Of a stretch of DNA of 64,000 bases, positions 28,564 to 37,444 are shown piece after piece. This DNA is from Melioribacteraceae bacterium (GTDB lineage: Bacteria; Bacteroidota; Ignavibacteria; Ignavibacteriales; Melioribacteraceae): NCBI GenBank assembly GCA_041675645.1, contig JBAYTN010000001.1, positions 145,061 through 209,060 on the forward strand, given 5' to 3'. The position numbers were made by a program, and so were the translations under genes. How positions within the stretch are numbered: position 1 is the stretch's first letter; each line of letters starts with the position of its first letter. The notes beneath the pieces are model-generated. The model saw only the letters and a list, made by a program, of their open reading frames with translations. It was not told where the DNA came from and made no database searches.

Positions 28564-30000
28564 ATGAAAAAAATAAAAGTAATTTCGACTGTTATTGTTC
28601 TCCTAATTTCTACTTTGACCTTTGCCCAAGGAAATGGTTCCATTGGTGTAACCGATGCGCGTTCAATGGGAATGGCAAAAACGTTTACAACATCATCATT
28701 CGGAATTTATGCAGTTGGAAAAAATCCGGCGAACCTTTTTCAAGATTCATCTAGGAAGGTCGAGCTGATACTGCCTCTGCCATTGCCAAATATTTCCGGC
28801 GCGGTTGGTTCAAATTTTATTTCACTCGATGAATACAACTATTACTTCGGAACAAAAGTTACCAATTCCGACGGCTCCACCTCCGGCAGATTACTGACAG
28901 AACAAGACAAAACTAAGCTCAAAGATTTATTTGCTGACGGCGGAACAGTTTTCTCCGATATTCATGTTCAGCTTGTAAGTATTTCAGTTCAGCCATCCAA
29001 AGCTTTCGGTGCAATCGCTTTTTCTATTACAGATCGAATTAGTGGATTAATGACTTTTCCGAAAAGCTTGATTGATCTTGGCGTTGAAGGAAATTTACCA
29101 AACAAAGTTTACAATTTTAACGACACGCAATTCAAAGCTTCTTGGCTGCGCAAATATTCCTTTTCGTATGCCCGCGATTTCAAAATCATTCCAAAACTGT
29201 TCAAGAGTTTCAAAGTTGGTGCTTCAATAAACTTTGTAAGCGGATTTTTCTACGCCGGGCTTGATCACATTAACACGGAATTAAAAACCGGCGAAGCAAA
29301 TACAATAACCGGTAAAGGAGATTTTTTAGCTTACTCGGCTTTCTCGCCGGACTTTAAAGTAAAATACAATTTTGTGAAGGATGAAAAGAAAGAAGACTTT
29401 TCCGGAACACCATTTCCAACTCCCGCCGGCAGCGGCGTTGGTTTTGATTTTGGAATCAGCACACTTTTGAGCGATAATTTCTCTGTTGGATTTTCCATTA
29501 CAGATATCGGCAAAATAAAGTGGGATAAAGATGTAGCACAGTATTCATCCAACGCCGCAATTTATTTGGATGATCTAAGTGATAAAGCTCAGCGAGATAC
29601 TCTTGTAAACCGGCTTACCGGAAAAGAGAGCGGTAAGTTTATCAACTCAATCACAACTCAAATGGCGACGGCATTACACATCGGCGCATCGCTGAAATTA
29701 GAAAGCGTACCGGGCACAATGTTGCTTGCTTTGGATTATCACCAAGGAATGAATGACGAACCGGGAAACAGCAAGAAGCCACGCATTGCGTTAGGTGTTG
29801 ATTGGTACAATCTCGGAGTTTTTGCGCTTCGTACCGGTTGGGCTTTTGGCGGGTTTGATAAATTCAACTGGGGATTGGGTTTAGGAATTGATTTTGGAGT
29901 GATAGCTCTAAACTTTGGTTCGCCAGATTTTCAAAATGTGGTTTCTTCCAGCAAAGCAAAAAGAGTTACATTCGCTTTTGATTCTGTCTGGAGATTTTAA
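28564..30000 (+). CDS. putative outer-membrane beta-barrel protein (PorV/FadL-like?)
   Basis: ATG at 28564, preceded by aggaga 5 nt upstream. Signal peptide MKKIKVISTVIVLLISTLTFAQG. The mature N-terminus GSIGVTDARSMGMAKTFTTSS resembles the conserved N-terminus of the PorV/PorQ/FadL-like barrel family. A C-terminal aromatic residue (…SVWRF) is typical of outer-membrane proteins. Confidence 0.4.
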   Translation: MKKIKVISTVIVLLISTLTFAQGNGSIGVTDARSMGMAKTFTTSSFGIYAVGKNPANLFQDSSRKVELILPLPLPNISGAVGSNFISLDEYNYYFGTKVTNSDGSTSGRLLTEQDKTKLKDLFADGGTVFSDIHVQLVSISVQPSKAFGAIAFSITDRISGLMTFPKSLIDLGVEGNLPNKVYNFNDTQFKASWLRKYSFSYARDFKIIPKLFKSFKVGASINFVSGFFYAGLDHINTELKTGEANTITGKGDFLAYSAFSPDFKVKYNFVKDEKKEDFSGTPFPTPAGSGVGFDFGISTLLSDNFSVGFSITDIGKIKWDKDVAQYSSNAAIYLDDLSDKAQRDTLVNRLTGKESGKFINSITTQMATALHIGASLKLESVPGTMLLALDYHQGMNDEPGNSKKPRIALGVDWYNLGVFALRTGWAFGGFDKFNWGLGLGIDFGVIALNFGSPDFQNVVSSSKAKRVTFAFDSVWRF

Positions 30001-30049
30001 TTTAGAGATTAAATGTAGTGGCGGAATTAATTCCGCCACTACACAGATT

Positions 30050-30892
30050 TTATTTCAAACGAAATGCATCACTAACCAAATTTTCTTCAAAGAACCCGGT
30101 TGTCTTTCCTTCAGCAGCATAAATATAAACCGCTGCTTCATAAATGCTTCCCAAGGTTGAGCTAATTAATGCAAGCAATATAAACGCGAGAACAAAAAGT
30201 GAGATAACAAAAATCAGCATAGCAGTAGTTATAACTTCTGCTAGCGCAACAATAGTAAAGATCATTGCGATAACTAAAGCCACCATTATGAATCCGGTTA
30301 CAAAACCAACGCCCATGTTTCCGATGATTTGCTCACCCCAAGTTTTTTTCAACAGTGTTGTGCTTCGCTTGATAGCATCAATCGGTCCAATGTTTTCAAC
30401 AACTAAAACCGGTATAACTAAGAACGTAGCAAGGCTCCACGCAAAACTAAAAATAGAAACAACAAGTTTTCCTAGTAATCCCGAGCGCTCTGAGATTGCC
30501 CGCAAAATCATTCCTACTGTTGCAGAAATGAAAGCGTAGCCAAGTATTGTTGTGATATGATCGAAGGCAATTTTAAATCCGTCGCCAACTGTAGGATTGC
30601 CTCCGCGTAAGCGAATCATAGCCGCGCCTACCAACGCAGTATTGCTGAAAATTATAATCGTGTATTGGATGAAGTAAAAGAGAAATCCAACCACATATTT
30701 TAAGGCTCCGCTATCTCTCAATACGGCTTGGTCTAGAAAGCCGGCAAAGAACATTGGAACGACAAAACTAATGGTCACCAATATCACTGCAACTGTTGAT
30801 AAGATTGGAAAAATTATCAACTCTTTATCTTGCTTTAGAACTCCCCAGCTTGCTTTCATCAAATTCCAGCTATTGCTAAGTTTAGTAAACAT
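30050..30892 (-). CDS. polytopic integral membrane protein of unknown function
   Basis: 280 aa with 6-7 predicted hydrophobic helices. It lies 76 nt downstream of the flotillin gene on the same strand. Confidence 0.55.
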   Translation of the reverse strand: MFTKLSNSWNLMKASWGVLKQDKELIIFPILSTVAVILVTISFVVPMFFAGFLDQAVLRDSGALKYVVGFLFYFIQYTIIIFSNTALVGAAMIRLRGGNPTVGDGFKIAFDHITTILGYAFISATVGMILRAISERSGLLGKLVVSIFSFAWSLATFLVIPVLVVENIGPIDAIKRSTTLLKKTWGEQIIGNMGVGFVTGFIMVALVIAMIFTIVALAEVITTAMLIFVISLFVLAFILLALISSTLGSIYEAAVYIYAAEGKTTGFFEENLVSDAFRLK

Positions 30893-30968
30893 AAACGTCT
30901 CCCATATAATTTAAGCGTTGCGCTTGTCCCGCGGAAACACGAGACAAACGCAACATATCGAATAATAA

Positions 30969-33092
30969 TTATGCAACCGGTTCTTTATCAACTGTTTTTT
31001 GATTTCCGGCAATAATATTAGTTAAGAAAGCTGAAAGCAAGCCGCCAAGATTATCTCCGCCTTGAACAAGGAAATCCGGAGTAACTTTTACATTGCCGCT
31101 TGCAATCTGCTTAGCAATTTCGATTGCAGTAACACCTTGCTGACCGACAGCCTTGTTTTGCAGTTCGTAAGCTTTCGCTGTTGATTCACCAATCGCAAGA
31201 ATCTTAGAACCTTCTGCATCACCTTTGGCCTTTATACCAAGAGCCTCACCTTCGGCTCGCAAACGGATACTTTCAGATTCACCTTCGGCAAATCGGATCG
31301 CTTTCTGTTTGTTCTGTTCGGCAATCTTAACACCAATTTCGGCTTCAACAAGATTCTTCTGTTGATCAGCTTCAGATCTAGTCTTTTCAGTTGCTATTCT
31401 TGTCTGCTCTGCTTTCTGCATATCTTGATACATCGCTTGCTGCTGCTGAGCAATGATTTTCTTTGTCTGCGTATCCATCAACTCTTGCGGTAAATTAATT
31501 TGGCAAATAAGAACACTCACACATTCAACATGATATTTTTCCAGTTCGGCTTTTGCGCGCTCTTCAGCTTTACGCTGTTCTTCTTGTCTGTCTTGCATAA
31601 AATTCATTGCAGAAGTTGAAGAAGCTTGATTCCGGAATGATGAATCAATCATTGGATGAATAACGTGGAGAATTAGATTTTCAATCGACCCGATTTTAGC
31701 AACCATGTATGGTGCTTGATCCGGACGAACACGAATTACAACTTTTACAGAAACACTAATTTCAAATCCATCTCGAGAAATTACTTTGAGCGGATCGAAA
31801 CGTGTAGATTCTGCATTATCCCAATCGATTGTTATGTTGGTCGTATCTATAACATAAGCCATATAAGCTCTTCTGTTCAAATAATAGAATCCCGGTCCGG
31901 CAACTTCTTGCTGAATACCGCGGTAACCTTTCGGTACAACGTAGCGTTCAATTCCCATATTCAAACGTTTCTCAATTGCTTTGTATGCCTCAGAACCCGG
32001 TTTAACATCATCAAGTTTTGCGGCTTCGGCAATTGCGTTCTTTACTTCAACCGGCTCATCGCCAACATTCGAAACAACAACCGCTACTTGTCCGCGTTCT
32101 ACAACAGCAACATCATCTAATTCTACTTTAAAGATGAGAGGATTGATATAGTATGTTCCCGGTTTGAGAACATCGAACTGAGGGCCGCGCTGACCGCCGG
32201 CTTCTAAAAACTTAGATGCATTTTGAAAATCGTTGTGACCGCCAACTGGTTTTGCAACATATTCAGCTTCCGGTAATGGTTCGCCATCGAGCGCGGTCAC
32301 AAGTCCAACTTTATTAGCCGGAATAACTGTTGCATCTTGAATCTCTAAGTGAAATAAGTCTGTGTTAATTCTGTAAGTACCGGGAAACATAACTTCAATT
32401 TGCGGACCTTTTTGACCGCCATTTTGTAAGAAGTTTTCTCCATTTTCAAAATTGGAATGTCCTTCTGTTTTTTTCGCCAGCAATCTGCCAGCCGGAATTT
32501 GAGTTCCATCCATAGAAGTTATTAAACCGATTTTACCTTTATCAATAAATATTGATGGCGTCTTTCTAATGTTAAACAGAACGGGATTAATTCTGTAAAC
32601 ACCGGGAGGAAGAATTTCTATCTGCGGTCCCTTCTCTCCATTGTTCTTCAAAAAGTTTTCTCCGTCTTGAAAAGAATTATGCCCTTCTACAACTTTAGCA
32701 AAAATCTTTCCCGGAGGAATAGCGTTACCGTCAATTGATTCTATGATACCGATTTCATTTTCAGAAATTACAGTAAAGGAATATTTCTTCGGTACATAGA
32801 TGAATGGAATTAAAAAGTGTAAGCCCGGCCCGAGCGTTCTGGCTTGAATACCAATTTCATTTGCAAGAGCAATTACTCTTCCTTGCGGCATTTTCTTGCC
32901 AAAGTATTTTCTTTCAATTACAGCAATTTCTCGTCCGCCAACAATTACAATTGATTTTGCTATAAGTACAATTACTACAAGTCCAATTGCATAAGGCGCA
33001 ACGTTTGACATAAGCAGTTCGAGATTGTTCATACATCTCCTCTTGTTATTAATAATGCGTTTTATTTTAGGTGATTCGATTATTAGACACAC
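30969..33092 (-). CDS. SPFH/Band-7 flotillin-like protein with an internal triple ~70-aa repeat insertion
   Basis: N-terminal TM helix (PYAIGLVVIVLIAK). SPFH core. C-terminal flotillin-type charged coiled coil (EERAKAELEK...AEGEALGIKAKGDAEGSKI). Three tandem repeats of GHNSFQDGENFLKNNGEKGPQIEILPPGVYRINP / GHSNFENGENFLQNGGQKGPQIEVMFPGTYRIN / GHNDFQNASKFLEAGGQRGPQFDVLKPGTYYINP. The true start may be the internal ATG at 33032 (MNNLELL...). Confidence 0.75.
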   Translation of the reverse strand: MCLIIESPKIKRIINNKRRCMNNLELLMSNVAPYAIGLVVIVLIAKSIVIVGGREIAVIERKYFGKKMPQGRVIALANEIGIQARTLGPGLHFLIPFIYVPKKYSFTVISENEIGIIESIDGNAIPPGKIFAKVVEGHNSFQDGENFLKNNGEKGPQIEILPPGVYRINPVLFNIRKTPSIFIDKGKIGLITSMDGTQIPAGRLLAKKTEGHSNFENGENFLQNGGQKGPQIEVMFPGTYRINTDLFHLEIQDATVIPANKVGLVTALDGEPLPEAEYVAKPVGGHNDFQNASKFLEAGGQRGPQFDVLKPGTYYINPLIFKVELDDVAVVERGQVAVVVSNVGDEPVEVKNAIAEAAKLDDVKPGSEAYKAIEKRLNMGIERYVVPKGYRGIQQEVAGPGFYYLNRRAYMAYVIDTTNITIDWDNAESTRFDPLKVISRDGFEISVSVKVVIRVRPDQAPYMVAKIGSIENLILHVIHPMIDSSFRNQASSTSAMNFMQDRQEEQRKAEERAKAELEKYHVECVSVLICQINLPQELMDTQTKKIIAQQQQAMYQDMQKAEQTRIATEKTRSEADQQKNLVEAEIGVKIAEQNKQKAIRFAEGESESIRLRAEGEALGIKAKGDAEGSKILAIGESTAKAYELQNKAVGQQGVTAIEIAKQIASGNVKVTPDFLVQGGDNLGGLLSAFLTNIIAGNQKTVDKEPVA

Positions 33093-33095
33093 TTA

Positions 33096-33158
33096 TTCTT
33101 CTAACAGAAATTCTTCTTTACAAAAGAAATATGAGATTAACTTACTCTGTTAGAAGAA
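33096..33158. promoter_or_regulatory. 12-bp perfect inverted repeat pair (ttcttctaacag ... ctgttagaagaa) upstream of the flotillin gene
   Basis: Arms at 33096-33107 and 33147-33158, separated by 39 bp, in the 390-bp AT-rich leader of the flotillin operon. Confidence 0.3.
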
Positions 33159-33482
33159 ATTCTAAATGCCTGGAGAGATCTGGCTATAAATTTTTGTTTG
33201 TAGAAATGGATGAAATGATTTATGACTGCGGTTCATATTAACCCCCGGTTTTTTAGTGCAACATAAAATTAATGATGATGAATCTTCTTGTCCTTCCATT
33301 TTACTTTTTGTCCATTGTTTTCAATTAGTTAAAAAGCCATTGTGCTGTATATGTTCCAAAATATCAAAAATTATTTTCCGATAACCACTTTATCATTTTC
33401 TATTAATTAGACGCATTAGAATAAAAAGGTTTCATTTAAAGTCATGAGAATTGTTTAATCAAGCGGCTATTCATAAGTTTGG

Positions 33483-33947
33483 ATGGTTTCTTTTACTAAT
33501 CTAACAATGAGGAATACTTTGGAAACTTACAAACTGAAGCAGAATTTTTATGGTTTATTTCAAGCATACGGAACACCAATCTCGGTAATAGCTGTAGTTC
33601 TTTATTTTTACTTTGCGTTGAACAATGTTAACTCCACATTTTTTCTTGTTTACTTCCTAGCTATTCTTGGTTTTACCGGTTATAGATATTACATGTATCT
33701 TAAACGCCCTATGGAAATTGAAGTGTCCGGCGATCAAATAAAAATGAAGGATATTATAGGCAAAGTAACAGAAATAACCTTTGCCGATTTAACAGATATT
33801 GAAATTAATAAACGCCGCGAGTTATATATTTCTTTTAAGGAAACAAAGTTAAGAGGACTTAACACATTTAAGGATTTCGATCGTTTCATCGAAGATGTTA
33901 AAAAGAAAAACCCCAATACAAAGTTCTGGGGTTTTGAAAACAAATAA
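33483..33947 (+). CDS. hypothetical small membrane protein
   Basis: 154 aa (or from ATG 33507). Two hydrophobic helices are followed by a soluble C-terminal domain. I recognised no family. Confidence 0.5.
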   Translation: MVSFTNLTMRNTLETYKLKQNFYGLFQAYGTPISVIAVVLYFYFALNNVNSTFFLVYFLAILGFTGYRYYMYLKRPMEIEVSGDQIKMKDIIGKVTEITFADLTDIEINKRRELYISFKETKLRGLNTFKDFDRFIEDVKKKNPNTKFWGFENK

Positions 33948-33954
33948 AGCTTAT

Positions 33955-33981
33955 GCCGTCACGGATTGTTTCCGTGACGGC
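33955..33981. terminator. bidirectional intrinsic terminator hairpin
   Basis: gccgtcacgg-attgttt-ccgtgacggc, a perfect 10-bp stem, between convergent genes ending at 33947 (+) and 33989 (-). Confidence 0.6.
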
Positions 33982-33988
33982 AAGAAAA

Positions 33989-35833
33989 TTAATCTGCATA
34001 ATACGCTTCTACTCTTGCCACTTGTGTTTTCTGTTTGAAAACAATTTTCACGTAGCTGGCTTTTAATAATTCCGAAGCCGTATAAGTGTAAGTACACGGA
34101 ACCCAGTAGCCGTAATCTCCTTTACCTGCAAATAACGAGGAACGTTCAAATTCAACTTTTGAATATTCTTTGTTGTCGTTGGAAACAAAGAATTCCAGAG
34201 AAGCTGCGTCTTCTTCGGAAAAAGCATATACGTTGCATGCTTTCAGATTTCCATTTACTAAATAAATCAGTTCAGCATTAACATCGCCAAGTATGCGGTG
34301 CGTTTTTTCTCGGTAGGATCTGTCGTTATCCGTTACAATAGAAACACTACCATTCTTGTGATAAAACGTTCCAAAGTTTACCATATCATCAATTAAACAT
34401 TTGCGCTCTGCTTTAACCGGACCCACAACATTCGACGGCTCGGAATTTCCACCCGAATTTTTTGCAATCACTCTGTAGAAATAATTTTTGCCAAGCTCTA
34501 CACTTGCATCGTTGAACAATGAAAAGTATTGAACGCTTGCATCATCAACATCAAAACCAACAAGCTGCCAAGGACCATTTGCAGAAACAGCTCGTTCTAT
34601 ATTATAAGATGAAGCGCCAACCGAGCCTTGCCAAGAAATATGAGCCGGTTCGGAGATTGGCAACAGTTTTGGTGCCGCCGGTTTAACAACTTCCGGCACT
34701 TTTAATCCTTGAATTTCAAAAGCTTTCTTCTGCATTACGTTAAGTAAGTTTTTCTCATCGTACTCAATGCCACTTTCAAAACCGGGCCAGTGATAAGCTT
34801 TATAAATTCCACCGCCTAGTGGTTCGCTATGCCAGTAGAAGCCACCTTCTTTTCTATGATGGCGCAAACTCCAGATCATAGCTCCCGCAATACTTTGGTC
34901 GTTGATTACATAGTCTAACACTTTTTCAATCGCCGGCGTGCTTACAAAACCAAACTCTCCCACTATGTAGGGTTTCCTTCCGGCTACAATTGCTGAATTT
35001 TGCTTGATATGTTCGATTATCATAGCGGGATCAGTTTCATAGTGATGTGTTGAAACGATATCAACCGAAGGCTCGGTAAAAGATTCTGCTTGCGGCGCAA
35101 TTCCATCAATAGCATTAAAGCCATCCATAATTAAGTGATTCTGATCTAGACTCTTAATGTAGCGGCATATTGTTGCCGTCCATTGAGGAGTAGAATAAAG
35201 TTCGTTGCCGGTTTCCCAGCAAAAAATCGCTTTATCATCTTTGTATGTAACTCCAGTTACTGTGTTTTTTCTGTTCACTACAAAATTGATAGTTATTTTG
35301 ATGTCTTCAATTAATTGAGGATCGCTCCAAAAATCATCTTGATTCTTTCCGCGGAAATCAGCGTACTGGGGTCTGCCGCCCATCCATTGCCAGTTATTAA
35401 CGAATGGAAGAATTACTCTTACTCCTTTTTGATTTGCAATCGCTAAAAGTGTGTCCATAGTTTTAAATGATTGTACATCGAACTCTCCCGGCGCAATTAC
35501 ATAAGTTGGATATGGTTCTTCTTTAATGTTTCTAACCGGAAAAGTATAATTACGTATTACATTACCTCCAAGCTGTTTAATGCTTTCCATTGCATCGGTA
35601 ATCTCATAAAAATCCGGCATTCTGTAGGGATGTTTTGTGCTGTAATCAAATTCATCTTCAACATAATTTAGATTGGGAATGTTAAAGGAGATGAACCGAA
35701 ATTCTTTATCACCATCCATCAATTTTCCATCTTTCACAGTAATGAAATTCTTAAACACGGATTGCTGTGCAAAGGCAAGATTTGCGATTAGCATTAAAAT
35801 TATTAAGGAAGGCAATTTTAGTTTGTTATACAT
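33989..35833 (-). CDS. secreted GH5-like glycoside hydrolase with FN3-like and C-terminal beta-sandwich domains
   Basis: Start set at ATG 35833 (MYNKLKLPSLIILMLIANLAFAQQ signal peptide). The track ORF extends 43 codons further upstream without a signal peptide. The (beta/alpha)8 cellulase-superfamily region contains the catalytic-acid motif CWETGNELYS (NE[LP] motif), followed by an FN3-like segment and a C-terminal domain. Confidence 0.6.
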   Translation of the reverse strand: MYNKLKLPSLIILMLIANLAFAQQSVFKNFITVKDGKLMDGDKEFRFISFNIPNLNYVEDEFDYSTKHPYRMPDFYEITDAMESIKQLGGNVIRNYTFPVRNIKEEPYPTYVIAPGEFDVQSFKTMDTLLAIANQKGVRVILPFVNNWQWMGGRPQYADFRGKNQDDFWSDPQLIEDIKITINFVVNRKNTVTGVTYKDDKAIFCWETGNELYSTPQWTATICRYIKSLDQNHLIMDGFNAIDGIAPQAESFTEPSVDIVSTHHYETDPAMIIEHIKQNSAIVAGRKPYIVGEFGFVSTPAIEKVLDYVINDQSIAGAMIWSLRHHRKEGGFYWHSEPLGGGIYKAYHWPGFESGIEYDEKNLLNVMQKKAFEIQGLKVPEVVKPAAPKLLPISEPAHISWQGSVGASSYNIERAVSANGPWQLVGFDVDDASVQYFSLFNDASVELGKNYFYRVIAKNSGGNSEPSNVVGPVKAERKCLIDDMVNFGTFYHKNGSVSIVTDNDRSYREKTHRILGDVNAELIYLVNGNLKACNVYAFSEEDAASLEFFVSNDNKEYSKVEFERSSLFAGKGDYGYWVPCTYTYTASELLKASYVKIVFKQKTQVARVEAYYAD

Positions 35834-36028
35834 TTTTACTCCATAACTTTTATTGGATCTTTTATAACTAAATGGAAAAATAATCTTTATCATATCAGAA
35901 TTAACAACTTTGGTTTGACAATTACCGTACCAGTTTTCTATTCGTATTTTGTTTGAACGCATTCAGAAATTAAGCAAAGAAAACGATTTAATTATATAAT
36001 ACAAAGCCAATGATTTTTTCTATTTATC

Positions 36029-36052
36029 GAATTAATAAGCTCTTATTAATTC
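36029..36052. promoter_or_regulatory. perfect 11-bp palindrome (gaattaataag-ct-cttattaattc) in a divergent promoter region
   Basis: Lies between the divergently transcribed GH5 and MFS genes. Typical architecture for a dimeric regulator operator. Confidence 0.3.
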
Positions 36053-36119
36053 AATAAATGTATAGTTTTACATTGATAAATTTAAGAACACAACTCCAAT
36101 TCTTTTTATTAGAAATTTT

Positions 36120-37349
36120 TTGAATAAAAAAGACGCATACGCAGCTATAAAAATTTTAGATTACCGGCGCTTCATTCTTGCCCGTTTCCAGTTAACATTT
36201 GCAATACACATGCAATCCGTAATTGTTGGCTGGCAAATTTACGAATTAACGCACGACGCACTTTCACTTGGTATGATTGGACTAGCCGAAGCAATTCCCT
36301 TTCTTACTGTTGCTCTATTTGCCGGCCATGTTGCAGATACATTCGACAGAAAAAAAATTATTCTAATCACCAACATGATTTATTCTTTTTGCGCAATTGC
36401 CTTGTTCTTAATTTCAACTCATTTTCATTTTGCATTAGCGCAGTTTGGTGTCTTGCCCATCTATTTAGTCATTTTCCTTACCGGGTTAGCGCGTGGATTT
36501 ATGTCTCCGGCAACAAGCGCGTTTGCAGCACAGCTTATTCCAAGAGAACTATTTGGAAACGCATCTACGTGGAGTAGTATTTCTTGGCAAACAGCCGAAA
36601 TAACCGGACCAGCAATTGGTGGATTGGTGTATGGATTTTGGGGAATCGGTGCAGCTTACGGTTTAGTAATTCTATTTAGTCTAACCGGCTGGCTATTCTT
36701 TTTTTCTGTTAAAAAAAGACCAATGCCGGAACAGAAAAAGGATGAACCGATTATAAAAAGTTTAACCGCCGGATTAAAATTCGTTTTCAACAATCAGATA
36801 ATTCTTGGATCAGTAAGTTTAGATATGTTCGCCGTTTTCTTTGGAGGCGCCATTGCAGTACTGCCGATTTTTGCAGATCAAGTTTTGAATGTAGGTGCAC
36901 AAGGGCTTGGTTTTTTGCGAGCCGCACCGGCGGTTGGAGCAGTGTTAATGTCCTTTCTTCAAGCACACAATCCTCCGTTTAAGAATGCCGGAAGGAATCT
37001 GCTAATAAGTGTTTTTGCTTTTGGCTTATGTATAATTGCTTTTGCGCTGGCTCGTAATTTCTATCTAGTAATGTTTATTCTGTTTCTCAGTGGAGCTGTT
37101 GATAATGTAAGCGTGATAATCCGTCACACAATAATCCAAACATATACGCCGGATGAAATGCGCGGACGGGTTTCTGCAGTAAATGGAATATTTATCGGTT
37201 CATCAAACGAACTTGGTTCTTTTGAATCCGGAGTTGCTGCCCGGTTGCTAGGTTTAATTCCTTCTGTAATTTTTGGGGGGAGCATGACTCTTGCCGTAGT
37301 TATTGCAACTTACTTTAAAGCACCTATTCTTCGTAGACTAAAAATGTAA
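36120..37349 (+). CDS. MFS transporter
   Basis: 409 aa with about 12 TM helices. The MFS motif GHVADTFDRKKI lies between TM2 and TM3. The apparent TTG start at 36120 is uncertain. Confidence 0.75.
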   Translation: MNKKDAYAAIKILDYRRFILARFQLTFAIHMQSVIVGWQIYELTHDALSLGMIGLAEAIPFLTVALFAGHVADTFDRKKIILITNMIYSFCAIALFLISTHFHFALAQFGVLPIYLVIFLTGLARGFMSPATSAFAAQLIPRELFGNASTWSSISWQTAEITGPAIGGLVYGFWGIGAAYGLVILFSLTGWLFFFSVKKRPMPEQKKDEPIIKSLTAGLKFVFNNQIILGSVSLDMFAVFFGGAIAVLPIFADQVLNVGAQGLGFLRAAPAVGAVLMSFLQAHNPPFKNAGRNLLISVFAFGLCIIAFALARNFYLVMFILFLSGAVDNVSVIIRHTIIQTYTPDEMRGRVSAVNGIFIGSSNELGSFESGVAARLLGLIPSVIFGGSMTLAVVIATYFKAPILRRLKM

Positions 37350-37444
37350 TCCTCAATACAGCTAATTTCTATTTTTTCCTCTCTTAAAAAAAATCCTTTT
37401 CTTAATTTGTACCCTAATTTGAAACTATTCCATTAGGATAAATT

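Noticed and set aside
35834-35962. 43-codon N-terminal extension of the GH5 ORF
   Set aside because: The extension lacks a signal peptide. The internal Met at 35833 starts a canonical signal peptide (MYNKLKLPSLIILMLIANLAFAQQ).
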